Shown here piece after piece: positions 51,601 to 64,000 of a DNA stretch of 64,000 nt. The translations under genes and the position numbers were made by a program. The notes under the pieces are model-generated. The model was given only the letters and a program-made list of their open reading frames with translations, was not told the DNA's origin and made no database searches. Each line of letters begins with the position of its first letter. Position 1 is the stretch's first letter. This DNA is from Haliotis rubra (Eukaryota), in assembly GCF_003918875.1 (NCBI RefSeq), contig NW_025765148.1, forward strand, positions 372,001-436,000, in the 5' to 3' direction.

Positions 51601-54600
51601 GCATCGTGACGTCGGTTACCATGGCAGTGGCGTCATTAGTGTGACGTCATGCAGATATTGTACTACAGTACAAAACTCTTCCGCAACCTCTTTATGAAAC
51701 CGGTTTCGGTTTGAAACAAAAAACATAACAAAAATACGCTATTTTGTCAATTTAAATGCTTGTAAGACGTGGGTAATAAATATAATACCACACTCGGTCT
51801 CATTACATACGAATTATACGAAACTCGTGACCTTCCTTTCGCTCGGTCAGATACCATAGGAAGGACACTCGTTTCGTATAATTCGTATGTAATGAGACCT
51901 CGTGTAGTATTGTCTATGTATTGTGTACCCACCTGATATATCTATACGGCGGCCCGGGATGTGTCCCTCGTTGTGTATATGCCTGTATTGTGTACCCACC
52001 AATACATCTATACGGCGGCCCGGGATGTATCCCTCGTTGTGTATATGTCTGTATTGTGTACCCACCTGATATATCTATACGGCGACCCGGGATGTATCAC
52101 TCGTTGTGTATATGCCTGTATTGTGTACTCGCGTGATACATCTATACGGCGCCCAGGATGTATCCCTCGTTGTGTATATGAATGATTGTGTACCCACCTG
52201 ATATATCTATATACGGCGGCCCGGGATGTATCCCTCGTTGTGTATATGCCTGTATTGTGTACTCGCGTGATACATCTATACGGCGCCCAGGATGTATCCC
52301 TCGTTGTGTATATGAATGATTGTGTACCCACCTGATATATCTATATACGGCGGCCCTGGATGTATCCCTCGTCGTGTATATGCCTGTATTGTGTACCCAC
52401 CTGATATATCTATACGGCGGCCCGGGATGTATCCCTCGTTGTGTATATGCCTGATTGTGTGCGGATGTGACTTCAGAGATTTGATTCTCCGGAGAATCTC
52501 GACTTTTTCCGCCAGTACTCGGTTCTCGTCCTGAATGACCTTGACCCCTGCAACCTGACAGTCCGCGTTGGTGTGGACCACGTCCTCTGACCTTATGCTC
52601 TTGTCATACATCACCTAGAAGAAAGCAAGACTGAGAGTCAGTTACAATAGTTTGGTTACATCTGTCCGTGTGAGCTGGATATGGGAGGTCTGGCAGGCCT
52701 ATAAGGTGTATGTATACCATTCGAGAACAACAATCTAACGCTGCTATGGTCTTGAGAGACCTGGCAACATAGTCAGGGAGACCCTGGGACAGGAACCCAA
52801 GGTCATCGGTTCTTGCACGTCTGAGATTCTCAATTCACATAGAATTTCAGTGCTTGTGACAACAGGTGTCAAAACATCGTAAAAAAATCAGTATTTTCAT
52901 GCAAAAAGATAATAATCCCTAAGAAATATGTATGAAATGAATAATTTATACTGACTTCTGAAAGCACGGATTCGAATGTTATGAATGCCAAATATTATTT
53001 ATGGCTTCCCAACGGTGTGTTCACTCCAACTCCGTGTGACCCCGCCCACTGTATATTCTTCACAGGGGCATGAGCCCAACTCCCTCACCTGCAGTTTGTG
53101 CACCTCCTTCTGGACATGGTACCTGTCCTTCTTGATGTTAGCCAGCGTCTTCTGCAGGGTATCCTGGCGCTTCTCCAGCTTGTCGATGTCCTCTTGCAGG
53201 GAGGCGATGGATGACAGGTGTCGGTCGTACATGGGTCTGGAGTTGGGCTCCTGGCTGTACAGGCGACTCAGCGTCTCCTCCAGGTACTGGTGCTTCTGCT
53301 CCAGCTGGCTAGCGTTCTGGAAGGAGAAGGGGAATGAAAGGTGAAGGAGAGTGAGATTATTTGCTCTTATTACGTGTGTGTGCCTGCGCGCATACGTAAG
53401 CATGTGCACTTGCTCATTTGTGTACGTAGCTGCTTGTACTTCTCCGAACTAATGCCAGTTTGAAATGCCAGCCCGCTGAGAAACCATATCAAATTAACAT
53501 GGAAATCTCACTTTGATGCCGTCCTTGTTTCATCCCCGTAATGCGTCAGGCAGGGAAACAAAAATACCGTCGTTTAGCTTTTTTTGCTTTGATACGGCCA
53601 GGGTTCGACTTTCCCCTCTCTGGAAAGACGGTTAACACAATAGGCGTACAGGGAGTTAAAGAACACCAAGATCAACAACATTCCAAATATATAAGGGCTT
53701 CTTGTATGTTCCGAAACTTTTAAACCTGAAATGGTTATTTTTTTACCTTGGCATATGTATCCATGAGCGCCATTTCCCGCCTCCGACAGAGCTTCCGCTC
53801 GTCCATAGCGTCATACAGACGTCCCCTGAGCTTCTTGGACTGGTAGCTCTGATGCTGGACCTTGTGATGCAGGTTGTCCGCCCTCAGCTGCTGGCGTCTG
53901 CCCGTTTCAGTAATGTCCATCTTCTGCTTCATCAACACATTCAGCTCGTCCTGAACCTTGTGCACATAAGCCTCGTCCGCCGTCACCCAGTCTTTCAGCG
54001 GGTTGTAGATGCGCGGAAACACCTCCAACGCAAGACCGATGTAGTGCAGGATCTTGTTGTAATGCCGTACGAAGTTGTTAAAGGGCGTGCTATGGTCTTT
54101 CAGACTCTGTCTGATGTCCTTCAACAGACCTTTGCCATCATTAATATCATCTTTCCACCGGGTGATGTTGTTTTCGTAGTCTTGGACACATTTCAAATCC
54201 ATACCCTCCGCCTCAGACACGAAGCTGTGGCAGAATTTACCCACATGTTTTTTCAAAGCGTCATCTAAACGGTCTAAACCCGACATCATGAGCTCCTCAA
54301 ACATCATCTGCCGCTGGACGACAGCGTCCATAACGGCCATCTCCTCTCGATACAACAACGCCGCACTTGAGCGAGTCTTATCAACCAGCATGGAAAACTC
54401 GCGGAAACCTTTAGGCGGCCTCCGAGTGGAGCCTGTTTTCTCCAGCACGAACGCTATAAAATCATTGGTGTCATCATTGAACTTGTTCTGGGGCTTCCGG
54501 AAGTATCGGTCTCTGAAGAGCACGATGTCCTTCTCCACAGAGTGGACCAACATCATCGCCTTCCGTCTTTCCCCCTCCAGGGAGACGGGTTGAGTGAACT

Positions 54601-54730
54601 TGCCACCTACGCTAGGCATACTAACAGATGTCCTAGCAACAGGAATGTTTTCAACAGACTGAGAACCCAGTAGACTAAGTCTAAATGCTATATTCTTTCT
54701 ACTGCCTTTAGTCCAGGCCCGTTTACCCAT
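48625..54730 (-). CDS. Uncharacterised protein: helical N-terminal region, long coiled coil and C-terminal death domain; 576 aa, 5 exons
   Basis: Exons 54730-53747, 53316-53089, 52614-52401, 49693-49571 and 48806-48625; GT-AG, phases consistent, total 1731 nt. C-terminus LLTAFRIVAPDVGRDWAYLYQRL...IELLDLSSQRNDLSLRDTVLKSLERWRRLSHDATVPNLVRALKDIRKRDLAKKLE shows the death-domain pattern. Confidence 0.82.
51917..52455. repeat. 65-69-bp tandem repeat, 8 copies, containing the exon-3 end and splice donor of the death-domain gene
   Basis: On the minus strand the unit reads ...CGCCGTATAGATATATCAG|GTGGGTACACAATACAG; exon-side junction positions are 52401, 52332, 52267, 52198, 52133, 52066, 52000 and 51933. 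Confidence 0.9.
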
Positions 54731-55655
54731 ACGTCAGGCCTCAGTCTCTGTATGGTGGCATAGGACACATTTTTAAGTCGGTTTAGAGAGTGTCAACCAC
54801 TGGAATATACTACGGCATTCCACGGCTTGAGATTTCCCTCACGTCTCAGCTGCGTCTGGGTCGATAAATCGATCTGTGTGAATATACCTCTTGCTGACAC
54901 CTGCTGATAAAAGACAAAGCAGTTCTTGTTAATGTCGTGGCCTGTGGTCAAAGATCGATGATGATCTGTATTTACAAGAAAAACGTGACACATACTTCAT
55001 CGTGATTGTATATTCATCGATTAATACCTGCATCATTTTGTGAAGGTATTTAACGTGTTTTGTGATATTTCCACCTGTGCTCTATTGTTTTATGCAGTGA
55101 TAATACATACTAAATGGGCATGGGAGATTTCGGTTTGATTGGCGCTTGGAGCAGTTGTCCTCGGAATCGGTCTCTTTTGCACTGACGCCTCATTCAGTTA
55201 TATGAAGTCGCCTGTGTTTGATAAAGGACGTCTTGAAGTGATTCAGGTTGTTTGCCTCATTGGTAAACCTGCGGTTATGGTGTTGACAAACCAAGGACCA
55301 TTAACCAGGACCAACCGGGATTGGAACTCACGATCTTCAGTTCCGGCACACCAAGGGACGCAACTCTGGACCTCCCCACTCCGTTAAAGGAGATCCTTAT
55401 TCTCAGCCGTGTATACGTTAAAGAGTGTACCCGCTAGTATCTATAAGTTAACATGGCGGAGCACATAGGAATCGTGAGATAAATGGAACACGCCCCTGGA
55501 GTAAATATATTAACCATATCCCCAATATTGACAAGTAAAATATTGTCATATGTACATTGAGGGGTCCACCTCTACAGATAAGCTGAAAGAGTCAGATCAA
55601 GGGATCCCCTGCTATCGACAAGTTGAAGGCGTCCGCCGCTGGGACTTAGTTGAAA

Positions 55656-55897
55656 ACCCGTGAAGGTCACGGTTAGAATGAACCTTCAGTAACCCATGCT
55701 TGTCGTAAGAGCCGACTAACGGGATCGAGTGGTCAGGCTCGCTGACTTGGTTGACATGTGTCATCGGTTCCCAATTGCGTAGATCGATGCTCATGCTGTT
55801 GATCACTGGCTTGTCTGGTCCAGACTCGATTATTTACAGACCGCCGCCATATAGCTGGAATATTGCTGAATGCGGCGTAAACAAAACTCACTCACTC
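55656..55897 (+). mobile_element. Full-length family C retroposon with 12-bp TSD
   Basis: TSD ACTTAGTTGAAA at 55644-55655 and 55898-55909; (CACT)n tail. Confidence 0.88.
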
Positions 55898-56782
55898 ACT
55901 TAGTTGAAAGGTCCAATATGGATAAAAGTGGGGGGCAGGGTTATGTAAAAGTTGGTCCCGCCTGATACGGTCGGACAAGGCTGTTGTTATGATGAGTTAA
56001 TACAACTGTGAATATGAGGTAGCACCACTGTTATGAACAGATTAACACAGATGTTACTATGAGTTAGCACCACTGTTATGAACAGATTAACACAGATGTT
56101 ACTATGAGGTAACGCCACCATTTTCATAAGTCAACACCACTATTAAAGTTCCAATCGTATAAAACTGAACTGGAACAGGTGTAACATTGGATAAAATCGT
56201 TACCTGAAATTAAATCTTATCGTCTTAGGTTATAGTTGGGCATTGCCAACATCAAAGCGTCCCACTAATTCTGTTGAGTCGTTTGTGTACCATGTTGTAT
56301 GAACGGTACGGGTGTGCATGCGTGTCATTGTATTTATACAATCCAAAAACAAGCAATAATGCATTTCGAACATTAGTTATGTTGTGATATATAGGCTTAT
56401 TTTGACATTTTGTTTGTTTTCCTATTTGATATGGGTATATACCCTAATATTACTGGATAACTGGTTAATTCTTTCATCAGCCAGATAGATTATAGAGATC
56501 TATAGTGTGTCTGCACTTAGACTGTAAAATATCTCAAAGTTTGAATTCAATGTGACAAAACAGTACTTTGTTTTAATATCTAAGCTCATGAGCACTCGAG
56601 GTAATATATTCTATGTGAAAAACCAAGCCTGATTACATACAGCAGTGGGCGGTGGGGTAGCCTAGTGGTTAAAGCGTTTGGTCGTCACGCCGGAAACCTG
56701 GGTTCGATTCCCCACATGAGTACAATGTGTGAAGCCCATTTCTGGTGTCCCCGCCGCGATATTGCTGGAATATTGCTAAGAG

Positions 56783-56969
56783 NNNNNNNNNNNNNNNNNN
56801 NNNNNNNNNNNNNNNNNNNNNNNNNNNNNNNNNNNNNNNNNNNNNNNNNNNNNNNNNNNNNNNNNNNNNNNNNNNNNNNNNNNNNNNNNNNNNNNNNNNN
56901 NNNNNNNNNNNNNNNNNNNNNNNNNNNNNNNNNNNNNNNNNNNNNNNNNNNNNNNNNNNNNNNNNNNNN
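56783..56969. other. Assembly gap (N run)
   Basis: Continuous Ns. Confidence 1.
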
Positions 56970-57109
56970 ACATTGATACGACTCAAAAATGTTTAAACTA
57001 GATGCAAATAATGTGGTATGTCGGATGCCTAGAAGCAAGGGGCTCGCATCCCCAGTTTTACTATCACTTTTAGTAAAAAAGACGAAATTGCGCAATTATG
57101 ATCAGGAAA

Positions 57110-58368
57110 CGGTGTCCTCCCATTTGTGAGAACTCCCAGTTGTGAGACACGTTAATTAATGGTTCAGTGCACATAGATGGTGTTTCCACATCCCTACAAT
57201 GAAAGTGGGATCAGCCCAGCCCAGTACCCACAGGAGGCATAGTTCATTGAATATTTTATTTGTTCAGAAGAATATGTAATTATGATAACACATTTTTATT
57301 GACTATTATGAAGTTTGAAAGTCATTTTGGTTTAAACATATTTTATTATTATTTATGAAAATGAATTGGGATTGGTGAAGTACTAAGGCTTATGTTAACA
57401 CCGCTCCCATGCAACATAAAATATATAATGAAATGGAGAATGAGATGTCATCGATATTGACTATTGCATAAATATATTTTTAAGTACATATAAATATATA
57501 CAGATTATATCAAATACAACTATTCTCTAAGTAGTCACAATTAGAGACTTACAGTTGTGTGTGTCTAACAAGCTATTGTAGGAATATAAATCAATCACGA
57601 GAAGGTTGAGTTAATTTCAGTATATCCCTGTGAAAACTTGAAGGTTGTGTCTTGATGATATAATCGTGGACGGATTCAACTATTTTTTGGTTTACACAAG
57701 GAGTAAATTCTTTGTTTCCGTTCAAAAAATTATCCAGGTTATAACGGGTAGTTGATATCCACAAGAGCAACATGCACTGTCTATTAAATGTCTGTTATAC
57801 TTATCGGCGTTTGGGTCGCTAGATCCGAGCCTGAGGCAGCAATGAACGTTTTGACAAAAACAAGAGCCATAATTAAGATCAATATAAATCTTGTTTTCGT
57901 TTTTTTTGTAATTAGGTTTTAAAAGTCTTTGAGACTGCATGACTCTTTTGGAATTTGGTAGGGCATTCCATAAATTTATTGTGTCGGGTAGAAAGGGTTT
58001 AGCATAAGTGGCATTTAGACTGTAAATTTCAGTGTTATTTCAGAGTTATTTCTTAAACTATAGCTTGTAGTTTGGGAGACGGAGTATATCTGAGTAGGTA
58101 AATTAATTTCTCTTTGATCACGAAGTTACCTACACAAAGTGTTTAATTATTAAAGACATTTACCTGAGTATGTTAATCAATTTATCTTATATAGTTTCAT
58201 TAAGTTACCTCCACAAGATTCAGTTACATAGCAAATCAGTAATTAGCTAGGGTGAATTCATTCTATCAGACAGGGGATTATGGTGTGTTTTCGTTGTTAA
58301 TTACCGACTCCACTGTCTCATAACTGGGAATCTCACAATTGGGACTTCTCACAAATGGGAGTAGACCA
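57110..58368. mobile_element. Non-autonomous DNA transposon carrying a CR1/L2-like LINE 3' remnant (about 57400-58080, minus)
   Basis: Inverted ends ctcccatttgtgagaa.tccca / tgggacttctcacaaatgggag; decayed frame FLPDTINLWNALP...LRLGSS...KYNRHLIDSACCSCG typical of CR1/L2-group ORF2 C-termini. Confidence 0.55.
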
Positions 58369-61249
58369 TAACTACTCATATTTACGACTGACAATGGCTC
58401 TCATGCTCTGAGCGGCTTGTCACGTTCATTAAATCAATTCCAAGGCTTCGCTAAAGCTAGAGGACCTCACAAAAATACGGAGATGGATTCTATTCGTGAA
58501 TAATCCTATGGTTGTCACTAATCCTACTTCAAGCAGATATCTACCGGGTTTTTCTCCCAGGGAAGCGTAGACTTTCCAAAATTACTTTCAATATCAAACA
58601 AAAGCAAGTATTACTTGCATCTATTATTTCTGCGTCAAATCGAAATCATTTTCATAACGTTTTGATATATAGTAAATACATGGGCCTGCAGATCACATTA
58701 ACACTTGACATTTACACATACTTTGTTCTTATATTTTTCTCAAACTGAAACCTGTGAAGGTCCGGGTTAGAACTGGTCTTCTGCAATCCATCCTTCCGAG
58801 GCGACCATCGGATCGTGTGGTCAGACTCACTGACATGGTTGACACATGTCATCGTATCTCAATTGCGCATAGATCAATGCTCATGCTGTCAATCACTGGA
58901 TTGTCTTGTCCAGACCCAATTATTTAGAAACCGCCGTCATATAGCTGAAAATATGCTTAGTGCAGCATTAAACAACAAACAAATGAATTTCAAATGAGCT
59001 TTCATTGTATTCTGTTGGGTTTTAGGGGAAGTCAAAGCAGCATGTGATATGTGCCCCTGTCAGTTACACTATTCAGCAATCGACAGCACGTCACTTGTCA
59101 ACGTTCTCAGTAGCGCAACTCAAATCAGTAAGTGGGCAACCCGACACCATTTCTATTGACTTTGTGGTCGTATGGTTTCTGTTCAAGCAATGTGTGTTCT
59201 CTGACTGGGGTTTAATGGGTTTACTATTTCCACAGGGGTACGCGGTTGTGGTTAATGCATTGAACGTCTAGCACCACAGCAAACAGGTTAAGTAGGCTAG
59301 TTGATTCTCTGTTTAAACGCACTTAAACGTTTGGAGTCTGTACTTGAAAATAGCGGTGGTACAGGTTATACTGAGTGGTTTTTGTTGTATCTTGTTTTAT
59401 TTTTGATTTAAACTATTTGTTAGAAATACGTTTAGTGTCACATCTTACAATATAACTAAAGGTGCGGCACTCGTATTCCACAACGTGGATCATTAATTGT
59501 CGTAAAGTGCCTTGAAATTTACGACATCATTTGTGATGGGGAAAATAAGCTTTGCAACAACAACTGGTACAAATCTCTCATTTCAACAGGTCTGTTTATT
59601 GGTAAAGCTGCACTCAGCAATATTACAGATATAGAAGGGCGGCCTATAGCAGATCGAGTCTGGCACAGTCAAACCAGTGGGTGATGTGGTGAGCTGCGTC
59701 CCACAACGCTGTATAGACCACGTCAACCACTCCATCATGGCTGATCCCCCGATCCACCCCGTCACCCCGCAGCCAGCACAGGGCTGGTGGGCAGTCCTTA
59801 TATGGAATGTCTACAGTTCGAGCACGCGAGCAGGTTAATAAACAGCCGGGAAAGAATTTCTTATGGAACAATGCGTGTGAGAACTGTTGTATCAATCAAA
59901 CGCTGTGATGAGTTTTATTAACAGCTTACATTAACAGCTATACAGAAGGAAATAGTTCACAAGAGAGAATTTAATTTATCCAAACTTTATGATAATTTCA
60001 TTCAATCTTTGTTAATGACGCCAGTGTTGTCAGAGATCTATCGTACATGTCTGGGGTGAAGTACGACTTCTCCTGTTTTCGTAGTTTCATAGTATGATTA
60101 ATGAACATTGACACATGTCCCATAGTTTCGGTACAATCAATGATTATTTATAATCAACACAATGCTGATAAAGCTCTGTAAGCAAGAACATGTGTTTTCA
60201 CTTTGTAGCAGATTGACTCAAATCGCCAAGATGTAATCAAATAAAGCCAGAGTATTTTTTCCTACGAAGCTCCAACCACAAACACGTAAAATATTCAGAA
60301 AAAACAACATCATTTGCTATCACCAACAATATCGATATTTACTTTTTAATATTTACGAGGTTTTAATGTTGTTGAAACCTTCCCCCCAAAATCCAAAACG
60401 TTACGAATTATAACAAATCGCGAATTATCCTTGTTTTCCTGTATCTCATTAACCTTTCCAGGAATGAAAATAAATAATCCAAATAACACTTTTTTAATGT
60501 TTCATTTTTCAACCTACCGATCTGAATGTTTGGGACCAACCTGTGTAAAGTAACTATATATATATGTGTCAGATGAAATGGAAAACCCTGGCATGTAATC
60601 AAAGCCACTTGGGATATGAAAATAGTATTTTTTACATTCTTTACACCTGGTAACTAATATGCGTATCGAATCTACATCAAGCTCGATTGGTGTAACCCGA
60701 CACGCCCATTAACATATTAAGTAGCCTGTCGTGTACACACCCGAGACGGATATCCCCCAATCAGAACTGTGAGGAATTCCTAAATCATAGCCGTGGACAA
60801 TGGTAAACTTATAATACCGCTAGATTTGTTTACAAGTGTGTTGACAATCTCGGCATTGACAAGCAATATTTACACGTGTTTAGGTCAGGTCACGCGTGGA
60901 TACACTTCGGTAGCTACTGGAAGCAAGCCTTGGCGAGAACGTTGATACTTGTAGTAATGTGCTGATGGTGTTTATATCAGTTTCTCTGGATTCTATAAGA
61001 TGTTCATCTAAGATCTGGGGTACATGACATATCTGTCATGTTTAAATGAGTCACTCAGTTTGGTATGAACAGTTTATATAACGACTGTCAGGTGTATGTT
61101 TAAGATCTTTGAATGACATTTAGATGTGATCACATACAGGATGAACAATTATGGATGTCAAATTCTGTGATATGAGGGACACGGCGTCTCGGAGTAGATT
61201 GTTGTGACGAAGGAGTAAGAATACCGTCGTTTTAGCTGTATGTGTAGGC

Positions 61250-61510
61250 TACTGGTAGGGTGGTAGGTTGGTAGGGTGGTAGGTTGGTAGGTGTAAGTAA
61301 TGGGTAGGTGGGTGGGGTGGAATACATGGGTAGACCGGTATGGTGGTATGAATGTGTAAGTAATGGGTGGGTGGGTGGGGTGGAATACATGGGTAGACCG
61401 GTATGGTGGTATGAATGCGTAGGCAATTGGTAGGCCAGTAGAGTAGTACGAATGAGTAGGCAATGGGTAGGCTGGTATGATGATATGAATGTGTAGGCCA
61501 TTGGGTAGCT
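61250..61510. repeat. GT-rich degenerate tandem repeat (about 60-bp unit)
   Basis: Repeated gtaagtaatgggt.ggtgggtggggtggaatacatgggtagaccggtatggtggtatgaatg. Confidence 0.75.
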
Positions 61511-64000
61511 ACATAAGTACAGATCATTGCATGACATTGTTTACATGATGTGGATATAACATCAATACCATGCAGGCAATATGTCCGCCCACAACACCTA
61601 AACCCAGCACTCTCTACAACCCTGCAATACCACCACGGAGCACGGAAGGGTGAATTGACTCTAGATAACGACAACTGTCAACTCAACGGTTGATAACATA
61701 ACATGCGATAACACAACACCCCACTGTTTCAGTGTACAGCAACAGTAACAACAGGTAACCATACAAAGTGATCATATATACTTTTGACAACTAACATATG
61801 TTATCATATTCTGAAAGGGTTCTATTTTGTGCCTGTACGTATATTTCATACATAGTAGTAAAGATAATACATCTGGGTAAAATGGAAACACTTTGTTATG
61901 TATTTATTGTAAACAACACCAAAACTCAATGACGTAATTGAGAACATCAGATAGCTTCTGACTGTTATGTGTGAACATGACGTAATTACATGTACTTACC
62001 TTACAAGGGTTAGATCACCCTCGAAGCAGTTTACGGTTAACTACGAAAAGCGAAATGTAAAGCTTGCGCTCACTAGGCAGCCATTAAGTTGCTCGCCCGC
62101 TACCGTTCTACCGTCTAGCCGTGATGACAGGGAGCAGTCCCCCTAGACACCGTCTGACCGCACTGGTACGGCCTTGTAGATACAGCGCTCTTGCTTACAG
62201 GGAAGTCTTCAATTGGCATTTGATCTTTGAGGTAATTCCTTCTATTCTTTGTTTTCATATACAATATCTTCATTTGAGGCCAAGGCCAGGGAATCTGCCC
62301 AAGTTATGCAATCAACTTTCCACTCGTTGCTATTTATCAGTCGATAAGGTAACTTGCACTAACAAAGGCCATAACATATATCCTTTCTAAACTGGGACAG
62401 CCATCTAAATACATTAATGCTCATACTAAATTCAACTATACGGTCGATACATTTGGCGAAACTGTATAACTGACCCCATGTCCTCAATGTCGTACATAGT
62501 TACGTCCCTTACCTTTGATAGGATGATAGTGCGCTCAAACGCCACATTCGCACTTACTTAAATCCTTCATTTGTCAGCAAAATATTGTGGATTTCATCGA
62601 TTAAGTAAACGAGTATGACGTGCATCGCCTAGAACCTCCACACGGAACGCATGTACTGTCCAAAACGACGTGTAACGCAACACATCTATCTTCACGCCAT
62701 TGCGACGTCAGTCCACTTATTCCGCTACCTTCATACTACACACACGCGTCACTGTAATATAGTAACACGTGGAAATATGTGTCGTCATGATCGATCATAT
62801 AATCACCTAACCCTGGCACACACACAACCAACCACCTCCCTGCGAAGATCTGGTTTAGAACTGGTTTTCAGCAACCCATGTTTGTCGTAAGACTTGACTA
62901 ACGGTATCGGGTGATCAGCTTCGTAAGCGTCATCGTTTCATGTCATCGATCGATACTCATCGTGCCTATCATAGGATTGTCAGGTGAAGACTCGATCGGG
63001 GTCAAACAATGTATAACTTCTTTGAGTGGCATTTTAGAAGTTGGGAGAAGAATTTTTTCTTTGTTACACTCAGTATATATGCACCCCTTTCTCTTCTTGT
63101 TACATTCCTGCCAGACAAAGGTACTAGAATCTGTACCCAAACGTCGCAATCACAAAATAAAAGAAGTTGTTATTCATAAATTTGTCAGTATTAACAATAT
63201 AGAACTCAAACAGACAGCACTAACACCAGTGTCTGGGATACCGCCACGCCAACATGGTCGAGGTGTAACAGTGTAGTCCCTCTCAAACGGCAAGCTGCTC
63301 AAAACTAGCGACTCGAGACTCGAGATCGAACGATTATCTTCTCAATAACCTCCACAAACTCTCGCTTTCAGACCGACGGGCCATTCCTTTATCGCCCCCC
63401 GGAGAAAGGCGATCGGTTCACGTCAACAGTAGATCTGTGACCGTCAGTGACACTTGTTTGTAGATCGTCATTCAATCATTATTCTGTGTTCAATCGAATG
63501 CTCTCTTTCTAATATGACACGCAGTTGCGAGGTTTGACTTGTTGATTGTTGTGCGAACATAATGGCGACTAAAGTACTGACAATACAGTGGTACATTGGC
63601 GCTGTATAACTGACGACATTTACTTATATATGAAAGTTATTACTGTGAAATTGGATATTATCCGATTGTATATAGTTAATCTGCTAAGTTGGGTAAATTC
63701 ATTTGCACCGCATTTCGTTAGATTCATTTTTTTCTATCCCCTGGTGCGTGGCCGAGGATTTACACCGTATTCGGAATTATTGAAGCGAGCAGGACATCGG
63801 AGCAGGTTTCTTCTGTTGTTTACAACAAACTAGTGTATGATTATCTAACAACTATGAATTCATTTACTATGAAAACACTTTTCATTAAAGTCAAGTAACT
63901 AATCGGTTGGTCGTACCTCGATAGATGCACGTTGTCAGGGTATTTAATCACGATCACGTGAACCCATCAGATCTGAACACTCTAAAATGGAGGTAAGATA

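Noticed and set aside
61990-63610. Strong minus-strand donor near 61999 and an ATGGCG start near 63562 as first exons
   Set aside because: Plausible, but there is no linked exon or homology evidence inside the window.

Overview
Eukaryotic (animal, probably molluscan) genomic DNA: AT-rich, intron-containing and dense in repeats, with two N gaps. The SINE families resemble abalone (Haliotis) repeats from memory, which I could not verify. By reading splice sites and checking exon phases by hand I reconstructed four spliced host genes. (1) SKA2 (minus, 9 exons, 259 aa), with a long C-terminal extension resembling the Ska1 winged-helix domain. (2) PRR11 (plus, 9 exons), head-to-head with SKA2; their ATGs are 204 bp apart across a CCAAT/CHR/ETS bidirectional promoter, the same arrangement as in mammals. 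(3) An F-box/LRR gene (minus, 3 exons) with a CRE cluster just upstream of its ATG. (4) An uncharacterised coiled-coil protein with a C-terminal death domain (minus, 5 exons), whose exon-3 end and splice donor are tandemly amplified 8 times. The first 15 kb hold an inverted, tail-to-tail duplicate pair of a very divergent actin-like gene with substituted ATPase-site residues; one copy has an intact exon 2 and the other is a pseudogene. Between them lie a decayed PIF/Harbinger element (TIRs, TTA TSD), a decayed DD83E Sailor-type Tc1/mariner transposase and a 28S rRNA fragment that starts at the R2 target site. Three short retroposon families, several MITEs with TSDs, two LINE remnants and several minisatellites fill the introns. 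The most speculative lead is a non-tRNA retroposon whose conserved 5' end folds into a covarying pseudoknot, a candidate ribozyme.
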